Position numbers and translations under genes: made by a program
From: Dicyema japonicum
Lineage: Eukaryota > Animalia > Dicyemida
Direction: 5' to 3'
DNA length: 64,000 bases
Assembly: GCA_011109175.1 (NCBI GenBank)
Contig: RDEW01000054.1
Location: 123,382 to 187,381 of the forward strand
Notes under the pieces: generated by a model
Seen by the model: the letters and a program-made list of their open reading frames with translations, nothing else
What the model was told of the DNA's origin: nothing
Database searches by the model: none
Shown: positions 10,715 through 23,810 of the stretch, piece by piece
How positions within the stretch are numbered: the stretch's first letter is position 1
How the letters are laid out: the number at the start of each line of letters is the position of its first letter

Positions 10715-13700
10715 GCTTATTGGCCTCGATTGTGCCCAGAGTATAATTTCTTAATTGAAATCTTCTTGGGCCAACCTAGACCTATTAAATTGCATAATTG
10801 TTTTCGATGAAATATATCCATTTTCTTGATCTCTAGCTCTGTGACCCCCCATGTACCCGAGTGGTACATAAGCACCGTCTTTAAATATGAGTTGTATAGT
10901 ATTATTTTTAGTTTGTTTTTATTAGTTTTTGTAGACTCCATATCTTCTGCATATTTTATACATGGCAGTGGCTAAAACTCTTATATACATCATGTCCTTA
11001 CTATCACCAAGTAAGGATCCCAATTTCCTTTTTTCCTCCAACTTTCATCAATATATTTTAATTCACTTGTAATTCTTATGACAAAATCTATGTCATCTGC
11101 ATATATAATCTCCATCTGCATGCATCCTTCACATTTTGTTCTAAGAGCTCTCAATGCCGCTTCCAGGTATACGACGAATAGAACCGGAGATTTAGAGTCC
11201 TCCTGAGGTATTCCAACTGTTGTCCCGAAAGGCATTGATGTCGTGTTCCCAACCCTTACAGTTAATTCAGTGATAGATAATAGGAAACGGACAAGTATTG
11301 TGTTATCTTCATCAAGGAAATTCCCAGCAACGTATAACAATGTTTTTCTATTGACAGTGTCAAACGCATTGGACATGTCCACTTCCATAATCTTAAAATC
11401 ATTCGTATATTGTTGACAAATGTCCATGGCACATATTCACCTGTGGGACCAAACAGCATCTGCGGTCGAGCGTCCCCTTCTAAACCCACTCTGTCCCGGC
11501 GACAAAAATTTATAAACATGAGAAGATATCTGACTAAAGGTTATCAGAGATAGTATCTTTTTCAATGTTCGCAGCAATATCACTGATCTTAGATTTTTTA
11601 TCGGTCCCTTGCACATTCCTGGTTTATTCAAAGGAATCAAAATTCCATCACCAAGTTTCAAGGACAAATGCGTCTCAAATACCTTATTTAAATTCTTTGT
11701 AATGAGGGTTCAGTTCACCAGATGCATACTTGATCATTTCTCCAGGTATGTTGTCTGGTTCCGCTGCCCTGTTGTCGTTTAATTTAATGATTCCCAGGTT
11801 AGTTTCTTTTGTAGAGATAGGTAGGTTCAGACTTCTTGGTGATTTTTCAAATGGCTCCACATATAAGGTTTCATTTTCATTCAAAAGTCCTGAAGAATAT
11901 TAGACAATAATCTCAGTTTTTTCTATATTATCCAATATATTTCTTCCTTGACTGTCGTGAATACAAATATGTCACATGGGCGCGTAACGCATGGGCAGCC
12001 TGTTACATTTTTTCGACTTTGAAATGGTCTTTTGATTATCCGACATTTAATTTTGTATATAAAGCATTAACAATTTATTGAAGAATAAAACCAAATAGTT
12101 TAAAGGCTACTGGCTGCTCTCAGGATTGAGAGCGCATTTCCCCTTACGATCTGTAAGGAGATGCGCTCAATGAGCCAGCCCTTCTCTCTGACATCCCTCC
12201 TCCTTTTATTTTGTATATCCGATTTATATCGTGATTTAATCCTGTTAAATTAGTTTTTTATTCATAAATGTTATGATTATAAAGATTTTATTTTTTTATA
12301 GCGGTAAACCTAGATTTCTAGCATGGAAGATTATTTTGTTACAATGGCTTCTTACAAGGGTTTTGTGAAAGATTGTGTTGAATATCAAACTTTAAAAGAT
12401 GCTTTGCATGATAAATTTCACGAAAATCTTCCGAGGTATCAAAAATATAGGCTTGTAAAGAAGATAGAGAATTTTTCCATTATCAATGATAGGTATTGTA
12501 AATTTGCAATAATTTTAGACTGTATCTTAAATCAACTGATCCAAGTTAGTCATATCCCTGGATGATGAAACCGAAATGGAGCATGTTGCGAAATCTTTGT
12601 ACGAGTTTTCACACGGAGGAGTCAATAAAATTGAGTATGAATGTCGACAAAGATACTTCACTGTAAAGAATGAGATTATCAGAAAAGTCATTCGAAATTG
12701 TGAAGTCTGCAAATTTTCGCGTCCTTTAAAAGTTCGTGATTTTTTATAATTGTAGATTGGAGATATAAATCATTATGTGGTTGCTTCTTCTCCAAATGAA
12801 CTTTTTCAGTAGATCTAATAGACCTGAAAAAATTTTCAACATTAAATGAAAATTTCAAATAAATTTAAACGGTCATTGACATATATAGTAGGTTGGTTTT
12901 TTTTAATTTATAGATTCGCTTTTGTACGACCACTCTATAATAAGTCTGGTAAAGAAGTATGTGAAAACTTAAGATCTTTGTTCCGCCTGAATGGGCCATG
13001 TAAATTTCCTCAGTCCGACAATGGTTCTGAATTTAAAAATCAAGAAATAACAAAACTTTGCGAAGATTTTAACATTAAGCAAATTCACGGAAGGCCTAAC
13101 AATCCACGAGCACAAGGAATTGTCGAAAGATTTAATCAGACGATCACGAGGAAGTTGTCAAAAATGTTGGATAACAGTGAAAAAAAGTGGCTTGATAAAT
13201 TAGAAAGTGCTGTCTACAGTTATAACATATCGGTCCATTCATTTTCCAACGAAAGTCCTTTCGAAAGATATCGAGGAATTAAGGGAATAAATTCAATAAT
13301 TAATGGTTATACTTATATCACATTATGACTTAGATAATTTAAGTGATGAGTGTGCGATTCCAGAACAAATTGACGATTTGGTTAATTGTTCGACTCCAGA
13401 ATCTATTGAAAATTCACGTAGTTTGATTTAAAAAATTTATATCTAGATAATTCCCAGTCAGATAATCTGTGTCCGAATACGAAGAGATTCAATCTCGAAA
13501 TTAAATCAATTGAAGAAAATTCGAATTATTACAAAGCTATGAAAAGGAAAATGAATGTTCATAATAGTAAATATATTTTTAACATGGAAGATAAAGTATG
13601 AATTAAAAACATTAATAGATAGGTTCGGCTAAAAAGGACTTTGGAACAAATCCCTCATTGCGACTGGATAAGTTTGGGTCTCAGTATTATCCAGTTGCAG

Positions 13701-14040
13701 AAATAATTAATATTTTATCGAATAATCGCGTGAGGTAGTTTTAAATAGTTTAATTTGATAGATAAAAAATTCGAAAGGAGAAATATCGACTGTATTAATG
13801 AGTAGACTAAAAAAAGTTACTTAAATTTAATTTTTTGTGGTAAATAAATCATTTATAAAATTAATTGAAGTTAATCTTGGTTCAAGGTTAATGTAACAGG
13901 CAGCCCATAGGTATCGCTTGGCCCATGTGACAAAATATTCGTAGATTGAACTCCCTTCTGCAAAAGGCGAACAGCTCGAAACATTTGCGTTCCGTATCCC
14001 AACTTCTCAATTTCTTGACGGAAGGAATCCGGGATGTCGT
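10715..14040 (-). mobile_element. RTE-like non-LTR RT fragment, interrupted by the Ginger element
   Basis: ORFs 10717-11884 contain LRSVILL, QSGFRRGRSTAD, VDMSNAFDTV, PQEDSKSPVLF and YADD. Removing 11970-13932 and one AAATA restores the frame GVQSTN-ICIHDSQG. Confidence 0.8.
11970..13932 (+). mobile_element. Ginger-type (retroviral-like integrase) DNA transposon with three micro-introns; ORF disrupted
   Basis: About 42-bp imperfect TIRs TGTCACATGGGC...TGTTACATT, with 5-bp TSD AAATA at 11965-11969 and 13933-13937. The integrase has an HHCC-like region (SHGGVNK...CEVC), VIDIYSRF, QSDNGSEF and PRAQGIVERFN. GT-AG introns at 12493-12518, 12732-12756 and 12892-12913. Confidence 0.85.
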
Positions 14041-14345
14041 CCGAAATATTTCTGGCCATTATATGCTTTCTGATTAGCGTAGTAAGACCTCTTCCCTTTC
14101 CATGACCTCTGTCTCGTCTGAAAACGTAATATCCCGGAAGGTTGGTAGTTGGTCGTTGTGGGTTAAGTTTCATCTCTTAGAAAAGAGCTACATCCACTGA
14201 GGTTTTATGAGAAAGCGTTGTAGTTCGGCAATTTTTGTTCGGATACCATTGATGTTAATTTGTAATATGACTAGATCTGGTCAAGGATTTTCCTCGACAT
14301 TTCCACAGGAAAGGCATTTCAAGTGAGCGATGCCACCACGTAAAT
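14040..14345 (-). mobile_element. LINE APE-endonuclease 5' fragment preceded by a degenerate 2A-like motif
   Basis: LSCGNVEENP*P then DLVILQININGIRTK...PGYYVFRRDRGHGKGRGL. Confidence 0.7.
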
Positions 14346-14872
14346 CATAAGGAATAGCTTGGGTTAATTCTAAAACACCACTTAACATTATATAAATGTA
14401 TAGAAAAGTCTTCAGATTTGAATGAAAGTGATGAAAAAATTTCAATACCGCTGTTACTTTATTCTTTCTACTTATGATGTAATTTTTAACGGTTCCCTTC
14501 TGATATGCGCATACTAAGCGGTGTTTTAAATCTTCTTAATGACTTAACATTGTCAGGATTCACAAAATCATTAGTTTTTACTCTTTCATGATGATTCATG
14601 TAGCATGGAGATAAATAATGGTTTTTGTCGTGACACTATTATTTTTTCTTTTAGGATAATTCTTACAAAAGTAAAGATGTATATTGAGAGATACGCACAT
14701 CATTTATTTTATTAGTGGAAGGTTTAGTCCACGCAATCTACACTGACATCGTACATTGAAATATTTATATATATAAAATCAATACTACGGACAGACACAA
14801 ATTAACTATTTTATAATATTTATATGAATAGGTATTTAATATAAATTAAAATTTAAAAAAAACTTAATTTGT

Positions 14873-17800
14873 ATGGAATCACGTGAAAAGAATAAGCTCA
14901 AAGATATTATAAGTAAGACATATTGTTATTTTAGCTGAATTTGCTAAACACAATTTTAAAAGAGTATTAAGTGAAACTCAAAAATTTATTAATGAGTTTC
15001 GGAACAACTATAAAGCTATGGTAATCGTTATAATTTTGATGTAGGCAATACGTGGATTTACACTTTATAAGGTTGGAAGAAAGGATGATGGAATGAAATT
15101 AATTGATCAGATTCATAGACTATATTCAGACGATGAGCAACTAGTTACTATTATGATTGAAAATTATAAATCTATCCAAAGATGTGACAGATTTTTCTTA
15201 ATTTCTAGACGATTTAATATTTGATTACGCGAAAAATATTATTGAAAAATATGAATTTGAACAAAGAACCTTAATTGATTTATTCCTTTCTTGCATAACT
15301 CATTCTATTTTGTCTGGTGAAGTTAGTCAAGTCACCAAAATTTGTATAAATATACAAAAAAGGTTTATGGAAAGTTCCATTTTCGCTTCTTTTAGGATTT
15401 TTATGGTTTATTTGGAGGTATTAAAGCAGCTATATTCTGAAATTTTAGGCTATTGAAAGTAATGATGAATCTAAAAGGTCTAAACTTTTTACTATTGCGC
15501 TTAAATTGGCTGAGAATGATAAAAATGAAAATTTTGCAACATTTATCTTCTGGATTATTTTTAAATATCAACAAAACTACAACAGTTTATTACAAATAAT
15601 AGGTTTAATATTTTGAATTTTTATCTCTAAAGATATGAATCGTGAAAATATTTTAAATAACGACGTTTCTAAAATAGAAATATACAAAAAACTTGAAAGA
15701 TGGGAAAATTTAAAACAACTTTGTGAAAAAAGTCTTCAGATAAGGTTTTTATTAATTCTAAATTATCAGATTTGACACATTTATTTTAAAAAATTATGTT
15801 GAATCTCTTGTAAAACTTGGAACAAATGAATTGTATTTATGATTTTATCTTTAATTTAAAAGAGGGGAAATTGATCATCAGATGATTTTTGATAAATCAA
15901 CTAATTTCTTGACTTCAATCACTGAATATGATAATCCTAAAAGTTGGGAATGGATGATTTGGAATTTTGAATTAATTATTTCATGTTCATGCATTTCTAC
16001 TGATTTTGATATTGTCAATTTAATTTATGACTATTTGACACTTTTTTGTCATAAGACTTGCTGCTGGCGAGATGTAAATTATTATCTTAACAAATTACCT
16101 GAAAATAGAAAAAATCAGTTATTAAAACTCGTATCTATGCTTTATTTTAGTTTTTGGTAGATGTATGAAAAATTCGATGCCAATGGGTTGGATATTAACA
16201 ATTTAAATAAAAATAATTTGGTATTGTTTTGATTATAATTTATCTCAGTCGATCAATTGTATAATACTGCAATATGTGAATGGACGTTTTAACGAAAATG
16301 ATGTTTTTGAACTTGGGTTAAAAGTTTTTAAGAGAAGATGGGATGAAGGTTGGTAATAATAATATATTACTATTTTACTATATTTTAAATTTAGAAAGAT
16401 ATGCCGAAATTTCACTGTCATTGATGTTTGATTCATTGGATTCGAAAAAAATTGGTCTATTTTTTATAATTTATTTTAGATTCTAATAATCATTCTTATA
16501 TCAATTTTATTTTATCTTTAAGAGTATTTTCATTTTTTGCTATGAAGCAATATCCCGATAATATTAAATTTCCTTTTTTGGTCTTACGTGCTTATAACTT
16601 ATTGGGTCATAATAGTAAATTTACTTGTTAGGACTTCCGCTTTATCATCTGGAGATTTTTCAGCAAATGGAAATTAAACATATACAATTAGATTCTATTG
16701 GGTATATTTGTATTTAAATTTACATCATAGATATTATTTCATCAATATATTAATGCGAGAGGGATGCTTAGAATACATTTTGCCGAAATTTGTAAAATTC
16801 TACAATCAAGTGACTACTTATGTTATTATTATTTTAAATTCTTTAGCTAACAGACACTATAATTTTTTCTCTAAGAGAATTGGCAATTCATAAGGTATTT
16901 TTTAGTTTATTTTTATTTATTATTTTTAATATTCCATGTTTTTTATTCATCTTAAATTATTGAAAATTTGTATTTTAGTTACCAGACATAATATGTTTTT
17001 ACAAAGCACTTAGCAACTCTCAGCAAGGAATTTTGGTTTTAACTGAGTCGTATTTTATTCAAATTTACGAATCACTAACAATGTATGAAAGATAAAATAA
17101 TTATACTAGCTTTATCAAATTTAGAGAATCTTTAAGTAATTTAAAGTATTTAGGACTTATGATAAAACGTTTTGAGAATGTACAATTTTCAATAAACTAT
17201 GATTATACCTCTTGTCAATTCACTTCAAACATAACAAAGTATTTTAATTATTAATTTTTAGGGGAAATAACGAAAAATCATTTAATAAATCTATTAAGGA
17301 ACAAGTTTTCTATTTGATTATCCTTGTAGAAAATTTATGTCAGATTTCGAGTTCTGTTAAGTTCTTTAATAAGTGAAATTATTTGCATTTCATCTCCAGA
17401 CTGCTCGAAAAAATATACTGATGAACATTTTGAAATATGTTCTCAGTTAGTAAACAAAATATCTATCTATTTTGTTGAAAATCCGTTACCCATATTCGAA
17501 AATATGAATTTTGTATTTTGTGTTACTCATTTAATTAGAATAGTTATTTTGTTGACTCACCATATACTTACTTTTATAGTTTTAAGTGTGGAGAGATTGT
17601 ATCGTCGTTATGGGGAATATTCTCATTTGTTTATCTAGAATTGTTTGATGAAGGTTTTTATGCTATATATTTAGGTTTAGATAAATTTAACAGCATGTTG
17701 AATGAGTTTAAGTGTTTACTAGGTAATTTTTTTTATTTTTTCGTTTATTGTTAATCTAGATACTTATTTTAGACAATATGTTGGAGATTACCTATGGAAT

Positions 17801-18345
17801 TTTGGACGCTTCTTTTATTTCGCAAGCATTATTTACTTCAAATATCGAAGTTTGTATTGTTTAATAATATTATAGATTTTTAAACTTATTTCATTGTTTT
17901 TAGGTTTTATAAAACAAATTTTTGACATCAGGTATTCCTTAAAGAAAAAATGTAGCAATGTTAAATATTCTATTTTACTTCTTAGATACATAAATTCCTG
18001 ATCGAAATTTTTTCTAAAACTAGAGAATCTATTTTTAAAGTACGCAATTATTGTAATCAACCCAATTTGGCTAAAATCAGTGAACTTTTATCGAAACGTG
18101 ATTTCATTAGTAATGTATTTTTTACCATTTTATTATTTAGTTTTCAAACAATAGTGAAATTAAAGATATTCTTGAAGACACACATAATAATTTACAAAAT
18201 GCTGAATTAAATTTTCCTCGAAGTTGTACGAGCAAAAATCGACTATCTTGTATAATCTTATAAAATTTATTGACTCAATTAAATTTTAGTATTGTCAAAA
18301 GATATCGTTTCATTCTTTAATTTGAGTGTTAGTAAATTACCTTAG
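14873..18345 (+). CDS. NAA25: N-terminal acetyltransferase B auxiliary subunit (NAA25/MDM20), multi-exon with micro-introns
   Basis: Manual splicing gives MESREKNKLKDII...KAMAIRGFTLYKVGRKDDG..., IYKKLERWENLKQLCEKSL, LIYDYLTLFCHKTCCWRDVNYYLNKLP and MEIKHIQLDSIGY. These parallel the NAA25 motifs MYKKLSRW, FGDKPCCFTDL and LDAKHIQHDTIGY as I recall them. Introns at 14913-14934 and 15021-15044. The 3' end is approximate. Confidence 0.85.
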
Positions 18346-18499
18346 TCTTTAAAATTCTGATTTGAGTTCTATAATTTTGGACCGCATTATTATTCACTCT
18401 TAACAGCTCATGACGTATAATAAATTTTTTAAATGTCTCTACAAATTGAAATAATGTTAAATTAATTTTGAGTAGTAATTGTATCATCATTGAGCGTCG

Positions 18500-19385
18500 T
18501 TCACATAATGAAGCAACATATATTATACCCAAGAGACTGGACACGACATGCTCTTCCTCCGTTTATGCCAATGCATGAAAATATGGACTTTTCTGCTCGT
18601 CTTGCGGTGACTTTTCACCTCGGATGCATAAAGATATCTCAGCGAGTTGCATGCTCGCTCTGCCTGTGGAACTGAAGTGTCTGCATGGGCACTGGTCGGA
18701 AAACCCAGAAGATCACTCCAATCGAGCCCGTCGAACCGAATGAGCCATTGACCACAATGATATGGACAACCTCTTGTTCTTCTTGTCGGATCTAAAAAAA
18801 GCCAGGAAGATTCCAATCAGGATCCCAAGACCCACTCGCATCCTCACGGCTACATGCCTGGCCTCTGCAATTGACGATGCTTTCACGTCCGACGACCAGA
18901 AAACTCCTCAGTTTCGCCCCGATGACACTTGGAATTCCATTTATCGACTCAAAAGGAGATCAACGAAACACAGGAGAAAGTACAATACTTGGGAACTCCC
19001 TTTCCTCAAAAATGAAGAAGAACATCCAGGTTTTCCATATAATTCTCTCACCAAGACGGAAGTCCTGAAGCCAAAACACCCTGATGTCAATCCTCCGGTT
19101 TCTTTGAATGGCCCTGACAAACTTGGAGAGAGAGTAAATCGTAAACTACTTGAAGGCAACGTCCGAGCGGCGTTGCCAGCGACGATACTGTCATGGCCAC
19201 GACGCCTGAGGTGCTTGAACTACTCAGACGAAAACATTATGTCCTCCGGCAGATTACCGCCCATTCGTGCTTCCGAGAAATTTGTCAAGGACGACCGTCA
19301 CTGAAGGCAAAGTGCGGCGCGGCATTTCGTCGTTTGCGGCGAGTAGAACTGGAGGTCTTGCGGCCAGGTCACATCAAGAATCTTA
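18500..19385 (+). mobile_element. 5' (pre-RT) fragment of a CRE-type element
   Basis: KIPIRIPRPTRILTA, RKLLEGNVRAA, TPEVLELLRRKH and LRPGHIK, the region expected just upstream of the RT domain seen at 1-688. Confidence 0.6.
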
Positions 19386-20290
19386 GGCTGGGGCTACTGC
19401 AGAAGCTGGCTGCAGTAGCACTGGAGTTTGACGCCGAACGGTACAAACATGGTGCAAGAATGTTTGCTGCTGTTAAACAACTATCCTGCAATACCAGACC
19501 GGAAAGAATCACAATTACAGGAAAAGTAATAATCAACAGCCAGGAATCAGCAAATAAAATTGCCACTTTTTACAAAAAACGAATAAATCTCAATGAAAAC
19601 TTGGAACCGTTTGAAGGAATTCACAGAAACTTGAATCAAAGCATCACGCATTACGAAGTCGTTTCAGCCTTTAGTAAGCTCAAGAATGTTCAGCCCTGGA
19701 CCAGACAACGTGAATGCAGAATTATTTAATTACGCCCCAGAGAGGGTGGATGAGTTACTCTGCACAGTCCTAAACAGAACCTTCAAATGTCACAGTCCAT
19801 TTGATGTGGGGAATGGCACCTTGATCCCAATTCAGAAACCTGGAAAGAAAAGAGGAAATCTAAACAACCTACGCCCGATTACACTAATGAATACGATAAG
19901 GAAAATACTCTCCCTTGTTGTGGTGGATCGTATTTCAGGCCCTGTAAATGACTTCCTGAACCCAAGTCAAAGTGGATTCAGACCTGGAAGGTCGACGGCA
20001 GACGTTGTATGGAGCCATTGGTGGATGTGTGCAATGTGCCAGAAACACAAAGAAGAAATCTCAATCCTTGGAATTGACTTATCCCGTGTTTCGACACTAT
20101 CAATCACAAGAAGCTAATGCACGTAATGGAGAGTATTCTAGACGAGGATGCATCACGTATGATCAGATTTTTACTCTCCAACACATCGCTATCAGTGCGC
20201 GTGGGAAATTACAACTCAACAAGATTTAAAACCGACACCGGCGCACCACAGGGAGACTCGTTATCCCAGGTCCTATTCATGATATGTCAC
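19386..20290 (+). mobile_element. RTE-like RT fragment fused to the CRE fragment
   Basis: SPGPDNVNAE, LRPITLMNTIRK, QSGFRPGRSTAD, PQGDSLSQVLF; truncated before YADD. Confidence 0.8.
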
Positions 20291-20519
20291 AGTCTGATAA
20301 ATCGTCAGTTTGATGAATCGTCACGTAACAAAAATATATATTTAAATTAATAAATAAGACTTAAATTTACTCTAATGATGCTAAAGTAAATTCTAATTAA
20401 CAAAAAATCCCCTAACACTGAATAATATTATTATGTTGTTAGCGTGGTGTCATGTGGCTCACCAGAAATGGTGTCACCCATTCCAAAAAGGAACGAAAAG
20501 AGGCAACAGCTTCTCCCCA

Positions 20520-21640
20520 CCGTCCGGTGGTCCAAATGTGTTAATTCCAAACTCTCATATTTTGTGGATTCGTTTGGTCTATTATCTGACAATCAGCTGG
20601 GAACGAGGAAACATTGTCAGGGCGCTAAGGAACAGGCCCTTATTAATCAATGCTTAAATAAGGAGTATGGAAACGCCCTTTATTCTGCTTGGGTGGATGT
20701 GAAGAAGGCCTTTGATTCTGTTGACCATGAATTTTTATTTTATGTATTGGACTGTTCAGGAATACCCCGTTGGATTATTAACTTTGTAAAGACCATAGTA
20801 AGAAGTGGACTGTAAATCTCCACTTAGATGGAAGAAGAATTGGTTCTGTAAAACTGGGACGTGGAATTCTGCAAGGAGATTCATTATCCCCTCAACTATT
20901 TGTTATGGTAATGGAACCCTTTAGCAGGATTCTTAACTTTATGTTCCCAAGACTCCAAATTAATCAGGAGGATCCTAATACACTGACTTATACTACAAAT
21001 CATTTGTTATTCATTGGTGACCTAAAGATATTTGGGCTAAAAGAAATACTGTTATTAAAATGATGAAAGTTGTTCACGATTTCTTTCATGCTGCCGGCTT
21101 AAGTCATTTTCTAATGTAAAATCGTTATCATGTTGTGAAACTCTGGAAGGAGTCAGTGGATATTGATATTTGGGTGTTTTTGAAGATGAGGAAAGTAATG
21201 TTCTTAAAAGCAAAGTTATGGAGTCCATACTTGAAAATGTTAAGAAGAGAATAACCATGCTTTCAAAAACAAAGTTAAATTCTGTGAACTTATTTCACGC
21301 AATAAATGAATACGCAATGTCCCTATATAACTATTATATAGGATTAATTAATATTGAACCATACGAATTTGATGATATTGACCAACAAATGACCAACAAT
21401 AACTGCTTACGTCACTCAAGTTGCACCTCAAACCTGCAAATAAAGAGAGGCTGTAAATCGAGGTAAGAGTACTTACCTTGGAAAAACAGTCGACTGTGTG
21501 TTTGCGAAGGTCGGGAATTCTGCGAGTATTAAAAACAAAAAAATGGCACTTGGCTACAATCGCAGGATTTCTTGCCTCTAAATATGCAATTGCCGACAGG
21601 GAAAGCATGGATATTAAGTCCCTCAAGGACACTCAGAAAA
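20520..21640 (+). mobile_element. R4/Dong-like non-LTR RT relic
   Basis: NQLG...GAKEQALIN, WVDVKKAFDSVDH, GILQGDSLSPQLF, TKLNSVNLFHAINEYA. Confidence 0.72.
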
Positions 21641-22459
21641 AATATTTATTGTGACCGGTTCAGAATGAGATACGGTTGAATAAGAGCCGTTAAATATCGA
21701 TATTCAATGTACCGATTTAAAAGCCAATCAAACAAAATGGGCAATCGTCCCTAGACAAGGCAAAGAAAAAAAAAAAAAAAAAAACTAATTACTGTTAAGA
21801 AACCAAAGCCTGAAACCAAAACTAATTAAGTGGGTTTGTATTCATCGTGTAGAATCATTTTATGAGAAACCACATGTCTCTACTTCGTTTGGACCCCAAA
21901 AATTACATCATATTTTCCATAAGTAATGTAATAATTTTTCTATCTTTCTGACTTTCAGGTCGTAATCCTCTTCGATATTGGAATTTAAGTCAAGATAATT
22001 CAAATAATAAATGAATCGAACCAAACACCTAAGTCGACACAAAAATTTCTCAGAAAGAAGTATGGAATGACTCAACTTCTTGCCAAAATGGACACAGAAA
22101 CCAATGCGACACCACTTGCAAAAAAATTTCTCTCTTGGATGCTATTCGGTGGATTATCACATCTTGGATGGACGTGAAATCAAACACAATCTCCCTCTGC
22201 TTTAATAAGTGTGGCATTCCAGTCAAAATATATGATATAAATGTCACGAGCCTAGGGTGTTACCGAGCCTAGGTGGTTGTTACACTTATGGACTTAGAAT
22301 AACCGATAACTAAACGACCAATTTTACAGGACCCAAGAACAACAATTAAGACAAGACAAAATTTATTTTCTAACAAACCCCAAATCTAATTACTGTTAAG
22401 AAACCAAAACCTGAACCAAAACTAATTAAGTGGGTTTGTATTCATCGTGTAGGGTCATT

Positions 22460-23584
22460 TTATGAGAAACCACATGTCTCTACTTCGTTTGGACCCCAAA
22501 AATTACATCTCATTTTCCATAAGTAATGTAATAAATTTTCTATCTTTCTGACATTCAGGTCGTAATCCTCTTCGATATTGGATTTTAAGTCCAGTCCATA
22601 TGCCAATTTAATCGCAAATCTTCTGGACTTTTCCAATTTTTTGACAAAGACATCACTTTCTTTTGTTCTAAACCATCCTTGATAACCATATATCAAGAAT
22701 GGTTCAACACACGCTGAATACACAAAAAGAAAAGTTTCAGGCTCCATATGAAATCGAATTAAAGATTTCAACATTCCTGTAGCTTTCTTTCTTCGTGTTT
22801 TAATATGTTCCTTGAAAGATCCTCTTCGATCTATCAACAATCCGAGATACTTCAATGTTTCAGAGATTTTTATATCCCCAGTATTCACACATTGATTAAT
22901 ATTTTTTCTTTTACTTGCAATCCAAGTGACTGTTGTTTTTTCCCTCGATAGAGTCAATCCATTGTTTTGGCACCACTTTCCAATCTTAGTAATATGAGAT
23001 TCCACCCTTTTCCATGAAATTTGTTTATTCATGCTTGAATCAAGCACAAGAATGTCATCAGCATAAATAATCATTTGACTATTTACGCTCTCTGTTTTCG
23101 TCAAATCTCTCATTACGCAATTGAAGAGTAGCGGGCTGAGAATTGAACCCTGTGGAACTTCTATTCTCAATTCAATTTTCTTTGAAATTAAATTTCCAAC
23201 ACGTATATATGACTTTCTTTTTGAAAGAAAGTTTTCTATCCAAACTAACGCAGTTTTCCCAATTTCTGCTTTTGACAACGTATCAAGAATTCCAAAGTGC
23301 CAAACACTGTCAAACGCTTTTGTTATATCCAAACATGCTATTGTAAGAAATTCCTTTTTATTTCGTGAAATTTCGATTGCAGATCTTAGCTCTTTAAAGC
23401 AATCTCCAGTCCCTTTTTTATGCCGAAATCCCAGTTGATTATCAGAGAGAAAATTATTATCCTCAACATGCCTTGATAGACGATTGAAAACAATTTTTTC
23501 CATAACTTTCGATATTGAGCAGACTAGGCTAATTGGCCTATAACTATCTGCTTTTGACCTTGGCTTTCCTTTTTTCACAACCAT
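22460..23584 (-). CDS. LINE reverse transcriptase ORF (374 aa) in the duplicated arm
   Basis: Uninterrupted version of the frameshifted 7581-8775 RT; retains PQG and YADD. Confidence 0.75.
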   Translation of the reverse strand: MVVKKGKPRSKADSYRPISLVCSISKVMEKIVFNRLSRHVEDNNFLSDNQLGFRHKKGTGDCFKELRSAIEISRNKKEFLTIACLDITKAFDSVWHFGILDTLSKAEIGKTALVWIENFLSKRKSYIRVGNLISKKIELRIEVPQGSILSPLLFNCVMRDLTKTESVNSQMIIYADDILVLDSSMNKQISWKRVESHITKIGKWCQNNGLTLSREKTTVTWIASKRKNINQCVNTGDIKISETLKYLGLLIDRRGSFKEHIKTRRKKATGMLKSLIRFHMEPETFLFVYSACVEPFLIYGYQGWFRTKESDVFVKKLEKSRRFAIKLAYGLDLKSNIEEDYDLNVRKIENLLHYLWKMRCNFWGPNEVETCGFS

Positions 23585-23810
23585 GCGTACAATTGTTCGT
23601 TTCCAATAAGCTAGAACATGACCAAAACTCCAAGAAGAATTATTATGACCAATGCAGTCAGCTCTGAAGCTCGCTTCCGAAGAGAGCGGGCATTAATCAG
23701 GGTTATCCTGATTACTTCTGATTTTTTTGGTGGCTGATCCCTCCTCTTAGAATTAACAATTAATCTGACAGAGAACATTTATATCTAGAATTAACAATTA
23801 ATCTTCGATT

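Noticed and set aside
14400-14760. Small minus-strand gene head-to-head with NAA25 (about 48 open codons, ...NPDNVKSLRRFKTPLSMRISEG, with intron-like segments)
   Set aside because: I could not join the candidate exons in frame to a start codon or recognise a family. It is possible but unsupported without RNA-seq.
14873-18345. DNA-PKcs FAT domain as the identity of the intron-rich gene
   Set aside because: The spliced sequence has its own start and matches several NAA25-specific motifs much better.
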